NCBI GenBank assembly: GCA_000002445.1
Contig: CP000070.1
Location: 768,001-832,000, forward strand
DNA: 64,000 nt
Direction: 5' to 3'
Origin: Trypanosoma brucei
Lineage: Eukaryota
In this document: piece after piece, positions 53,473-63,324 of the stretch
Position numbering within the stretch: position 1 is the stretch's first letter
Layout of the letters: the number at the start of each line of letters is the position of its first letter
Position numbers and translations under genes: made by a program
Notes under the pieces: model-generated
Database searches by the model: none
The model's input: the letters and a program-made list of their open reading frames with translations, nothing else
What the model was told of the DNA's origin: nothing

Positions 53473-53793
53473 AAAAAGTAAAGGAGCCAAAGGAAAGCAA
53501 ACAGAAAGAAGTGCGAAGGAAAGCAAAGGGATGGATAGATGCGAATTAAGGGAAAGGAAAGGGAAGTTATTATTTATTGAAATAGGAGGGTTGGCTAACG
53601 AGGAAAAGAAGTGGAATCCAGGAGGAGGCGATAGTGAAAACGCGTCTCCCCTACTCTTTCAGGATGGATGAAGTGGAGAAAAGAAAGGAAGTGCGGTGGA
53701 GACGTGTGCCTCCCAGTGTTCTCATTCGCCGAGGATTGGCCGTCGCCCTTGGCGTGATTTGTGCTGCTCGTTGCTATTGCTACTACATTTTCT

Positions 53794-53818
53794 CCCCCCC
53801 CCCCACACACACACACAT
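53794..53818. repeat. C11 homopolymer then (CA)7
   Basis: Direct reading shows tctccccccccccacacacacacacatt. Confidence 0.85.
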
Positions 53819-54078
53819 TCTATTTCAACGCTTGCTCCATTTGCTACACTTGTGGTTTTTAATGATAAAAAGAGTGCAGGGGGTGGGGGGCGCGTGTGAT
53901 TGGAGGGAGGGGGGCACTGTATTGACACATAACGGGGTGTCCTGCCTTTACCTGTGCTACGGCCTTGTAGCTGCATCGCTGGGGCAACTGTTAACACTCT
54001 GCGTTTCTACTTTGCCCTCTGCTTTACCTTTTGTTCATTTCTTCTCTTAACTTTTTAATTGTTCTCGTCACTGTAGGG

Positions 54079-54097
54079 ACACACACACACACACACA
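54079..54097. repeat. (AC)~9 microsatellite
   Basis: Direct reading shows gggacacacacacacacacacagac. Confidence 0.85.
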
Positions 54098-54236
54098 GAC
54101 AAAGAAAAAAAGAACTACGACTTAAGTTACTTCGTTGGCGGTGAGTTTTCCCACCATCACCACCCGACGCGCGTACTCACTGCAACGAGTGAAAGTGGAA
54201 GTTCACGTGTTGAACGCCCCGTTCTGCACTTCTTCG

Positions 54237-56003
54237 ATGCAGTGGAAAGAGGTATTAGATAGCGAAGATTCCATCGACAGCCCTGAGGCACCATTGCTTA
54301 GTGTCACCAGCGCCCTACTCGCATTTTCCACTGGTGAATTGCAGAGAGGTGAGGAAAGAACGCGCCACCTCGACGCTAGTGATGACTCCAACGGGGGGAC
54401 ACCGCGCTTCGACCATGAGGTGGCTGAAGGCGTCTGTTTTCTATTCACAAAAGAGGCAGGTGAAGATAACAAATTGACCTGCGGTGGGGGTGACCGCGTG
54501 GGTTGCTTCCACGATATGGAAAACCAACGCCTTCTAACAGACTTATGTCCCGGAAACGATGCAGTGGCAAGTGAATGCCAGATGGTCTGGAATGCGGGAA
54601 ATTGGGTTTCACCTTCTGGCGAGGTTGTGGATCAATCAGAGCGGTACCGTGCACTTCTGCCTCTTCAGTGGGGTGTGTGCAAGGACTCTTTCATCACATT
54701 ATCGCGGGACACAGTAACGGATAGTTTGGTGGTGATACATCGCCATCGCTACCCTCGCAGTGGACATGGATCAAATGGTGAGGAGTCACTGGGGCAGCTC
54801 CACATTCCCTTCTCTCAGCCCTGGAGAAGACGTGTGCGGAGTTTGCTAAGTCTCTCCCACACTAATTTGATGCCCGTGACCGATATCATAATGAACGAAG
54901 CAAAGCAGGAACTACTGCTTGTGCATCCGTATATGGATGGTGTGCAGCCCATTGCATCTGCGCTGCGATCGTATCCTCACCTAATATACCGCCCAATCAC
55001 GTCTCCAATGATGTGTAGCATTGTGCGTGGTTTAGTGGACGCGCTACTGTTTCTACACAAGCATGGCATAGTTCATGGTGCGCTTTCTCCGTGGACAGTG
55101 TTACTGACTACTGACAATCGCGCGCTAGTAGCGGGCCCTTCCCTTCAGAACACAACATGGCCCCTGGCCGATCTGGAATCGGTTGGTGGCAACTCGCTTC
55201 ACCCGTCCTTTCACGCACCTCTGGAAGAAAAAGATTCAATGGGGGGACATTGTTTGCCCACGGAGGCTGATGACACCTTCGCACTTGGGGTTCTCATGTT
55301 AGCCATGACTTGGGAGATGTGTGACCCTCTCTGTGTCGAATTGCACGAAAGGGCAGTGAAGTTGACGCACCGTTGCGTGGCGCATAGAATGACACTAATG
55401 GAGTTGAAGGCGAGTCTTGGGCCACTCGTTGACCCCCGAAACCAGCAAGAGAGGAAAGACCGGCAAGAGGAAGAGGGAGAGAAGTGTTCAAAAAGTTGTG
55501 GAGAGCACAACCCATTAAGTACTGTGGAGCTGGTGCCGAAACCGCAACCTCCCGTTGTCACGGGGATCCTACGTCGTACTGATTCCCCCGTTCTTTACAG
55601 AACGACGGGGCTGGATAAGTGGATGACGTCAAGGGCATCCAACATACAAAGAGTGCAGCGAGATGTCGTGGTTACGCTAAAGCCATATAACGAGGATAAG
55701 TTCGATGCTTTGTTGCGGTGGCGGGTTGTGTCCATCACCGTTTTATTTATTGTTTCGATCCGTCGTTCACTTCAGCGGGGCTGCGTGCCACTCAAGAAAA
55801 TATTTTATCACAGTAAAGAGACACCTCCGAGACCGGTGCCACGCCGCCTGCAGCAACACCGCATGACCGTCAGGCGTAGCCCCGTCTCTACCAGCCATGC
55901 GGACAGAACTCATTTACTGCTTCCAGCGCGGGTGCCGCTCACGCAAAATCCGCCACGTGGCGGTGCGCGGGAACGAGACGGAAACTCTTTGGAAGATGAT
56001 TGA
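54237..56003 (+). CDS. Protein-kinase-like domain protein with degenerate catalytic motifs (probable pseudokinase)
   Basis: The track ORF starts at TTG 54135; the first ATG is at 54237 (MQWKEV...). The C-terminal half aligns to kinase subdomains IV-IX: ...HTNLMPVTDIIMNEAKQELLLVHPYMDGVQPIASAL... and then LHKHGIVHGALSPWTVLL. The canonical catalytic loop H-R-D-L-K-P-E-N reads H-G-A-L-S-P-W-T here, so the catalytic Asp and Lys are absent. I see no glycine-rich loop. Confidence 0.5.
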   Translation: MQWKEVLDSEDSIDSPEAPLLSVTSALLAFSTGELQRGEERTRHLDASDDSNGGTPRFDHEVAEGVCFLFTKEAGEDNKLTCGGGDRVGCFHDMENQRLLTDLCPGNDAVASECQMVWNAGNWVSPSGEVVDQSERYRALLPLQWGVCKDSFITLSRDTVTDSLVVIHRHRYPRSGHGSNGEESLGQLHIPFSQPWRRRVRSLLSLSHTNLMPVTDIIMNEAKQELLLVHPYMDGVQPIASALRSYPHLIYRPITSPMMCSIVRGLVDALLFLHKHGIVHGALSPWTVLLTTDNRALVAGPSLQNTTWPLADLESVGGNSLHPSFHAPLEEKDSMGGHCLPTEADDTFALGVLMLAMTWEMCDPLCVELHERAVKLTHRCVAHRMTLMELKASLGPLVDPRNQQERKDRQEEEGEKCSKSCGEHNPLSTVELVPKPQPPVVTGILRRTDSPVLYRTTGLDKWMTSRASNIQRVQRDVVVTLKPYNEDKFDALLRWRVVSITVLFIVSIRRSLQRGCVPLKKIFYHSKETPPRPVPRRLQQHRMTVRRSPVSTSHADRTHLLLPARVPLTQNPPRGGARERDGNSLEDD

Positions 56004-56976
56004 TAGTCACAACGATGTTTCCCTCGAAGTGGGAAGGGGACACCAGGTGAGTGTCGCATCCCCAGTTGTGGATCGATACGTCGTCCCTTCTTTCCACACA
56101 AAATCAAGTGATAGCATTTCTGAATATAACTGCACCAAGCAAAGAGTTTTTTTATAAAAAATACACTCCCATGCACTTGTTATTGATGTAAGTTCGAAGA
56201 GCAATTACTGGCATTATTGTTATTATTTATTTATTCTTTTTTACTTCATACGTTGCTTGCTTTCACGTTTTTAATTTTTGTAGTGTGAGACTGCTACTTG
56301 GTTTGTTTGCGTGGGGGGGGAGCAGTTTGGTCTTCACATTCCGCACCAGTTAACTATGATGCGCCGTCTCTTCGGTAAGACAGTGCACTTCTAAGACAGG
56401 GTTTGGGAAATAAGTTCGCATTTACTCGTTTACTCGCCGCCCTCCTTTGATGCAGAAACGTGTGCATGAAAAAAAAAATACGGAGGTGTTTGGTTATCTT
56501 AATTGTCTTATTTCTTTGTGTTTCATCTGGCGATGCTGTGTGAAACAAATGGAAAGGCAATGAGTTGTTACCATTTCTCAACGTGGTTTTCATTTATTTT
56601 TTCTCATCTGGTTTTCTGTTGTTTTACACCTCTTCATTAAAAATGCTTTGGTGTTTTTCTTTCCATGGCTCCTCTATCCATATAGCACATATGTGGTGTC
56701 ATTTTGCTTATCGTTTCGAAGACGGCTGTGCTTTCTCTCCCGTTGTCGACGTGGAGAAGGGGGTACGACTTCATTACGTACATTTGCTATGTTTTACCTA
56801 AAGAGACTCTCCTAACCTTATTTTATTTGGATATATGTTTTTTCCATACTCTTCTCATCACACACTTATCCAGCGTGCGCCACAAGTGCACGTGGTTCTT
56901 TGTCTTTACGGTCCTCACACAGGGGTCTGTGATCACATTAGGCGGTTCTAGGAGCGAGAAAGCAAAAGGGGGAGAA

Positions 56977-58041
56977 ATGAAAAGCACGGTAACGATGGCA
57001 GCCTCTGTGCGATGCACGCACCGAATCCGTGCCCCGTTGGACCATCTCATCATGCGCCCTTCAGATATGGATCAGGTGGTGACATCTATCGGCACTACAG
57101 ACGCCGCTATCGTTACATGGTACATGCCACTGGCCAATCTTCAGCATATTCTTCATAGACGCTATGAGGCGGAGCAGTTTGGAGAAATTATCATTCCTCC
57201 CGTCACCACCCAAGATCCCACCACATCCGCCGATGAACAGAACAACAACCCTCTTGGCTTTGTTACGCTTGTTGCTGGGAGGAATTATCCGCAAAAGCAA
57301 ACGTGGCTTGAGCGCGTATTTGACCCCGCACCGCATTCGACACTGAGTCTCCGTGTGGCAGTGATGGACCGTGTCCACTGGCAGCGAACATCGTGGATGG
57401 CAAACTCGATCTGCCGCAGCATATGCTGGGGGCGCCTACCGCAAAAGATGTTCTCTATTAATTTAGACTGGAAAAATGCAGTCCATATCGACGCTGACTT
57501 CGATGTGGACGCGGACAGGTACAATGCACCATACAGTGTGCATGTACCGGGTTTGGGTTTCCAACTTACATTGCGCGATACCGGCCGCACTGTGCTCGAC
57601 CGCGAGACCCCTACGGTTGACGGGTTTTTAGATAATGAAAGTGCCCTACACCGTCTAGCACTCGCACGGGAGGTGAACATGCAGGGGTTAGGCGGTTGCG
57701 TGTACCGCCAAACGCTGTGGAGTGCACCGTCACTTCCCAACACAGCAAAGGTGATGCAATTTCAGCCGGGAGAATTGTTCAAGCGGTGTTTTGGAGTTGA
57801 TCCGCCGGCACACGTGGAGCCAGTGGCTGCGTGGCTTGTGCATGAGGTGGAGCAAACACTTGTGTACAAAATGGAAGGCGAGGTGGAGGATGAGAACGAG
57901 CCAAATAGTGCGACAACGTACGGTGACCGTTCTCTCACTGAGCGTGTGCAGAAAAAAGCAATGAACCGATACAATGGGTTCCGTGACGAGGTACGTGGCA
58001 AGGTGTATAGTGAACTGGATGGAAAGGAATTGCCGCGCTAG
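56977..58041 (+). CDS. Hypothetical protein (354 aa), no recognisable domain
   Basis: The track ORF starts at TTG 56704 and runs through T-rich low-complexity sequence. The first ATG is at 56977 (MKSTVTMAAS...), after a long poly-T/pyrimidine region (56560-56700). Confidence 0.55.
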   Translation: MKSTVTMAASVRCTHRIRAPLDHLIMRPSDMDQVVTSIGTTDAAIVTWYMPLANLQHILHRRYEAEQFGEIIIPPVTTQDPTTSADEQNNNPLGFVTLVAGRNYPQKQTWLERVFDPAPHSTLSLRVAVMDRVHWQRTSWMANSICRSICWGRLPQKMFSINLDWKNAVHIDADFDVDADRYNAPYSVHVPGLGFQLTLRDTGRTVLDRETPTVDGFLDNESALHRLALAREVNMQGLGGCVYRQTLWSAPSLPNTAKVMQFQPGELFKRCFGVDPPAHVEPVAAWLVHEVEQTLVYKMEGEVEDENEPNSATTYGDRSLTERVQKKAMNRYNGFRDEVRGKVYSELDGKELPR

Positions 58042-58344
58042 AAGCGCATATACGTCCATGAAATCCCCTCGCGCAGTACTGTCAAAAAAAAAAGTGGGTG
58101 GACAGATGACATCCACTTCACTTACATACTTAACCACGGTTGAACGTGATAAACATACCGCAACAATTCGTGGGTTACACTTGTTTTACGTAATAACACA
58201 TATCTGGTAATAGCTGGGTTTTGTATCGCCAACTTCCTTTCTTCCCTTTTTCTTCGTGATGAGGGATAGCTTCCTGGATGATGCCCAAATACGTGTGATT
58301 CTGCGCACCTTCAGTCCTTTTCGTTGCCGTTTATCCACGGTTGT

Positions 58345-58389
58345 TTTCCTTTTCTTTTCCTCTTTTTCCTTCTATGTTACTTCATTACA
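58345..58389 (+). promoter_or_regulatory. Polypyrimidine tract plus AG (ttacag) immediately upstream of the kinase-like CDS, putative SL trans-splice acceptor region
   Basis: The sequence ttttccttttcttttcctctttttccttctatgttacttcattacag is followed 12 nt later by ATG 58401. Confidence 0.45.
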
Positions 58390-58400
58390 GGACGCTGGCG

Positions 58401-60248
58401 ATGGCGACCTCTCGCAAGCAGGTAGTTGGCAAATACGAACTGGGGAAGGTTTTGGCGTCAGGATACTTCGATTGCCGCACTCGTATCTGCACGCACATAG
58501 TGACAGGAGCGCAATACGTCGTACGGATATACAGTAAAAGTACTCTGGCGGAGGCGCAGTGGATGTGGGATCGCACTCGCGATGCCATCCACGTCATGCG
58601 TACGCTGCCAAAGCACGAAAATATTATTGAGATTTCAGAGCTATTTGAAACAGAATCCTCACTCTACATTCTTATGCAGCTGTTCGCACCGATGCATCTG
58701 ACGAAGATGTATACAACTGTAGGTGAATCGGGGCAACGTGAGAGAGTGCCCATACAAAGGACAAAGGCACTTTTCCTGCAAGTTGTGCGGGGTTTAAGAC
58801 ACATGCACGACTGTAGTGTGGTGCACTTGGGACTGGCACCAGACCACGTCATGGTGAATGACAGGGACCATGTGAAAATTGGCAATCTCGTCTCTTGTAA
58901 ATATGTCCCAAAAGGAACGAAGTTGTGCCGTGACATTCGTGGCACAATGCACACCGTAGCGCCGGAGGTATTACGCAACGGGGAGTATGATCCTTATCTT
59001 GCGGACTCGTGGTCCATGGGCGTATTACTCTACTTCATGTTACACAATGGACGCTACCCGCACGATGGGGCAAATACAACGAAAAATATTTTATACAATA
59101 GGATCCGCCCACCTGATCCAAAGCTACCAGCAGAGGCGCTGAACCTATTGCAGCAGCTGCTGAGCCACAATCCCGGTTCTCGAATGCGTGTGGAACAAAT
59201 TGCGGATCACCCATTCTTTGCGACAGAACATAAAGATGTCGATACAGGTAGAACGGAGCAACAAGCAGCCAGATATACTGGCGTGGTGCCGAATTTATGG
59301 GCTAGCAGGACTGCGCATATCCCAGTAGTGCTAAGGGCGCCACTTAAGGAGCGAGTTCAGTACAGTGGTAACCGAGAGGACGCAGCCGCTTACCTGATAC
59401 AAATGTGTTATAAGGCATTCAGAGGCCGCAAACGGCGCTTTAGTGACCGCTTTTTGAGCACTCAACCACGTGGATCTATAAACCGCAGCCGCAGTCAAGT
59501 GGTTGAAGTGGTATGCCCCTCTTCACGATCGCGCCGAAGGAAGAATTACCAAACTCCGCACGGTGATACAGAGGCAGCCTTCGGACAGGAGCGAACGCAC
59601 CTCAGCTCGCAACACTATCAGCAACGATGGAGCGCAGTAACAAACACAGAAATGCAGCAAGGGGAACTGGGAAGCCGGACAAGCTCAATCAACAGTGGGT
59701 TCGCAAAATGTGGAGAAGGGCCTGCAGACCCGGCCGAAGGGAGCTCTTTTTTTGGGTTTAGCGGAAGCGAGTCAGAAGGTAGTCCAATGAACGCCACACA
59801 GGGATCCCATTTCAATTTTTCTTTGAAGTCGGGAAATTTGCCTCTGACCTTGCCACCACTCAGACGACAAGGAGGTCCCTGCAAGCTCGGCTGTGACCCT
59901 ACACTCGATGCTCCTGTTGGCACCCCTCCCAACAGTACTTTCGACGGACCCGATAACGCTTCCCCCACAACCGCATCCGTTTGCAACGAAGTGGTCCGTG
60001 CCGCATCATTCCGATTGCGAGTTCCCTCGATGCTTCACTTGAAGGCTGCTGAGGCATTTTCTCGGGACCTCGATCTTAGGGGCCCCGGTTTCACTCATTT
60101 CAACACGCGAGTTGACCCCGGGAGGCGTTGCCCGGTGTGCGACAGGCCCCCCGCGCAACGAATGAATCGTAAACAACCGTACCTGAACACACCATATGAG
60201 TACAAGGAGGGGAAATTTACCATTAAAACTGTTGCGGACTCTGATTAA
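58401..60248 (+). CDS. CAMK/AMPK-related-like protein-kinase domain protein with substituted catalytic residues (probable pseudokinase)
   Basis: The track ORF starts at TTG 58341. ATGs lie at 58374 and 58401; I chose 58401 (MATSRKQVVGKYELGKVL...) because it follows the pyrimidine tract and AG. The kinase fold is recognisable: YELGKVLASGYFDCRTRIC (G-loop region), HENIIEISELFETESSLYILMQLF (subdomain IV-V), ALFLQVVRGLRHMHDCSVVHLGLAPDHVMV (HRDLKPEN becomes HLGLAPDH), KIGNLVSC (DFG becomes GNL), TVAPEVL and DSWSMGVLLYFML. A ~330-aa low-complexity C-terminal tail follows. Confidence 0.6.
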   Translation: MATSRKQVVGKYELGKVLASGYFDCRTRICTHIVTGAQYVVRIYSKSTLAEAQWMWDRTRDAIHVMRTLPKHENIIEISELFETESSLYILMQLFAPMHLTKMYTTVGESGQRERVPIQRTKALFLQVVRGLRHMHDCSVVHLGLAPDHVMVNDRDHVKIGNLVSCKYVPKGTKLCRDIRGTMHTVAPEVLRNGEYDPYLADSWSMGVLLYFMLHNGRYPHDGANTTKNILYNRIRPPDPKLPAEALNLLQQLLSHNPGSRMRVEQIADHPFFATEHKDVDTGRTEQQAARYTGVVPNLWASRTAHIPVVLRAPLKERVQYSGNREDAAAYLIQMCYKAFRGRKRRFSDRFLSTQPRGSINRSRSQVVEVVCPSSRSRRRKNYQTPHGDTEAAFGQERTHLSSQHYQQRWSAVTNTEMQQGELGSRTSSINSGFAKCGEGPADPAEGSSFFGFSGSESEGSPMNATQGSHFNFSLKSGNLPLTLPPLRRQGGPCKLGCDPTLDAPVGTPPNSTFDGPDNASPTTASVCNEVVRAASFRLRVPSMLHLKAAEAFSRDLDLRGPGFTHFNTRVDPGRRCPVCDRPPAQRMNRKQPYLNTPYEYKEGKFTIKTVADSD

Positions 60249-60976
60249 AATAGGAGTTGCAGACGGTGCACGTTTATTTGTGAATGTAAGACGCATGACG
60301 GTGCAATGCACGTCAATCTAACCAATAGCGAGTGGCGGATGCCGAGAAGAATGAAGGAGAACATGTTGTTGATGAGGGAATGCGTGTTTGCACACTCGCG
60401 TGCATGTGCCCTTTTCCCTTCCCCTGTCTTTCACACTTCATTTCTACTCTTTTCTCAAAAAAAAAAGGGGGGGTGATGGGGAGTGGAGGAAAATGTTGTG
60501 AATCATACTTTTGTACATTTAGATGTAGACGACGAGTTTTACCTTCACGCCGGCCACACTCATTGAGGGCGCGCGGTGGTTCGTCTGCCGGGTGTTTGGG
60601 GGCTAGTTCCGCCCTGTGCCTATTTTCATCCACATTCGAGATCCTTCCCTGCCCCCTCATTTCGAGTCTTGACTGTACTTACCGTCTTTCACTATGGTCA
60701 GTGAATTCCTCCCATTATGCGTATTTTTACCTCCAACATGTATTTAGATTTGTCCCCCTCCTTCTTTTTTTTTCTTTTTCTCCCCCTCTCGTTCGCTCAC
60801 GAGTGAAGGAAGGGACAAGTAAACCCCGTGGGCACAGGGTAGATACCTGCGCGCTAGCGCACTGAACTGTAAGGTAGAAAACAAGCGGCACTGTCGCTCA
60901 CTCACCCCTTCGCCCCGCTGTGGTCAGATAGAGTTGGACACATAGGCCAATAAACGCAAAGCAAGGCACGCAACCA

Positions 60977-61501
60977 ATGGCGTTTAATCGCTCTCTTATC
61001 GTCACCCTTTTCTTCACACTCTGCGACCTTATTCTGCTTTGCATCCTACCAATCTACAGTCACGGTCTTTCCGGTCACATCCTTGTAGCACTTCATGTGG
61101 GCACTTTGGTCGTTCTTGCCTCCATGATGAGCCTGTTCACCCTTCGAACCTCCTTCCTTGTCGAAGGGCGGTCCAGTAAAGCCTTGTTCCCACAGCGCGT
61201 GACCGGTCCTCTGTGGTTGCTTCATGTTGTGCTTACTCCGGCACCACTAGTGTATAAAGAATTCATAATGCCGTGGGTATACACATCGGTGGAAAGTGCA
61301 CCCCGGGCGTGGGCGGACTCCGCTTACATCACGCTTTCCGTGCTCAACATAACCACGTACGTGGCTTTCAGTGTGTCGCTGCTTTACTTTATTTTCTTCA
61401 TAGCGGAAAGACGGCTTTACAAATTTCATTGCCACATCAGCCGCACCGGAACGGCAACTGACAATGCGACGGTGGCGCTCAATTGCAATCCACTGGAATG
61501 A
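60977..61501 (+). CDS. Small hypothetical membrane protein (174 aa, ~4 hydrophobic segments)
   Basis: ATG-initiated ORF. Hydrophobic helices are IVTLFFTLCDLILLCILPIY, ILVALHVGTLVVLASMMSLF, LWLLHVVLTPAPLV and ITLSVLNITTYVAFSVSLLYFIFFI. Confidence 0.45.
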   Translation: MAFNRSLIVTLFFTLCDLILLCILPIYSHGLSGHILVALHVGTLVVLASMMSLFTLRTSFLVEGRSSKALFPQRVTGPLWLLHVVLTPAPLVYKEFIMPWVYTSVESAPRAWADSAYITLSVLNITTYVAFSVSLLYFIFFIAERRLYKFHCHISRTGTATDNATVALNCNPLE

Positions 61502-62240
61502 CTCAGTGGAAAAAGGGGGGGAGGTCTTTTGGCCATGGGGAGTCTGAAACGGGGCAGGGCGTCGGCTTCATTTCTCAACACCGAGTTACGGGGGCCCTTG
61601 TCAAAGCACAACGGCATCAGTTGGGTGCGACCTCGCTGTTACGAAGCTTGTAACGGGGGAAAGGGGCGACCCAAGGGCAAATTTCGCGATGGGAGGTATT
61701 GCATGATTTAGGGGGAGGAAGGTTCGCTCGCAATGGGGTGCTATTTCACCCTGTTCGGCCCGATGTGAAGGAACAAACAAACCCCTTTTCTTGCACATGA
61801 GGTGCGGTAACTCAGAGGAAAACAAAGCGAGATTAATTTCTGGTGCGTTGTTGCACCCATTTCCGTCTACGCAAAAGCAGGCGGCCCTCGAGGTGAGGGG
61901 GGGGGGCAACACATCCCACTTTGCTACCGCGCCATTTGGTGTACAAATATGCCCTTCTGTAACGTTCCTGTTCCTAGCGGTGGTTCGCAATGTTTTTCCC
62001 CACCGAGTTCTAACGGTTCAGTGCCTTCAACTGTCCTGGCTCCTCACCTACCTTCCACCTTTGACACCGCGGAAACCTGTCTCGTGAAGTCCCGCTTGTC
62101 GGCACCATAACCCCTGCAATACCGAGTTCCCGTGTACCAAGGATGCTTTGTTTTTCTTTTTCTAAAAAAAAAAAGTAAAGGAAAATAACACGAGCGTGTT
62201 TGGTACCCGTTCGCGTCTCTAAGCGGGGACGGGGGCGGAA

Positions 62241-62861
62241 ATGCGAGCTGAAAAGGTGACAGTATCGCCCGCTGGTGAAGGTGCCGCGCCCCTATTTGTG
62301 TTCGGTTACGGCTCCATACTGTGGAAGCAGCAGTTCGAGTACCTCCGCGCGTTGCCATGCTGCGTTCATGGCTACAAGAGGGTTTTCTATCAGGGCAGTA
62401 CGGACCACCGTGGCGTCCCCGCCAGGCCAGGCCGCGTTGTAACACTTCTCACGTGTGGCGACCCGGAGGCATGGGTGGGTGGGGTCGCGTTTGAGCTCCC
62501 GGTAGAGGAGGAGAAGCGGGAGAAAATCCTTGCCCAACTTGACGACCGCGAGAGTGGGGGCTATGAGCGGGAGGAGGTGACACTCTATGACATCAAAACG
62601 CACGAAAGGCTTCATTTGCCGCCCGGTGCCGTATGTTTATGTTATAGAGCAACTGAAGACAATCCTGAATACCTGGGGGAGGCAAAAGATGAAGCTATCG
62701 CCGAACAGATTTTGAGCTGTGAAGGATTGAGTGGACCGAACTCGGAATATTTGTTTAAGCTTGCTGAGGCACTTCGTAAACTGGAGAGTGCTGACCAACA
62801 TGTATTTGCAGTCGAGACCGCGGCTCTCCACATCATGAAGGCGCAAAATGTTCCCGAGTGA
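62241..62861 (+). CDS. ChaC-like gamma-glutamylcyclotransferase (glutathione-specific GGCT family)
   Basis: The N-terminal [16 protein letters not shown] matches the ChaC signature (vFGYGSLiW). It is followed by ...[22 protein letters not shown]...VGGVAFELP...[10 protein letters not shown], colinear with ChaC1/ChaC2 ([22 protein letters not shown]...GVAYRLP...EKGGY). Confidence 0.8.
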   Translation: [206 protein letters not shown]

Positions 62862-63324
62862 AGCAAAGCGTGGAACGGGGGACGAGCAAAACCAAGGTAC
62901 GCAAACGCCACCGTCGAATGCCTCTGTTAACACCAATTAGACTTCTTCATGAACCCCTGCGCAAGGGTGCGCGCATCTGCCTCGCCGAAGACGCGCCTGC
63001 AACAGTTTTATCAATGAATCGATTCCTTCTTTCCTTCTATTAATTTACTTGTCTACTTTATCATACGCATGTTGTAACGATCATTTCTTTACTCCCCCAG
63101 CAGGCATCTGCTTAACCTTTCACATTCCAATAATTCCCCCCTTTCGTTTAATGGAGACTCGCAACTCTCACCCGTGGGGTAACACGTAACGGCATTCAGG
63201 GGGATGCAAAGAGGAAAACTTGTTCCGTATTAACGATGGTGTGCAATATTCTCCCCCATTATTTCAACTGAATAAAAAAAAGGAAAGGAGAGGCCCCGCA
63301 CTTCTCGGTGCCGTGTCACACCAC

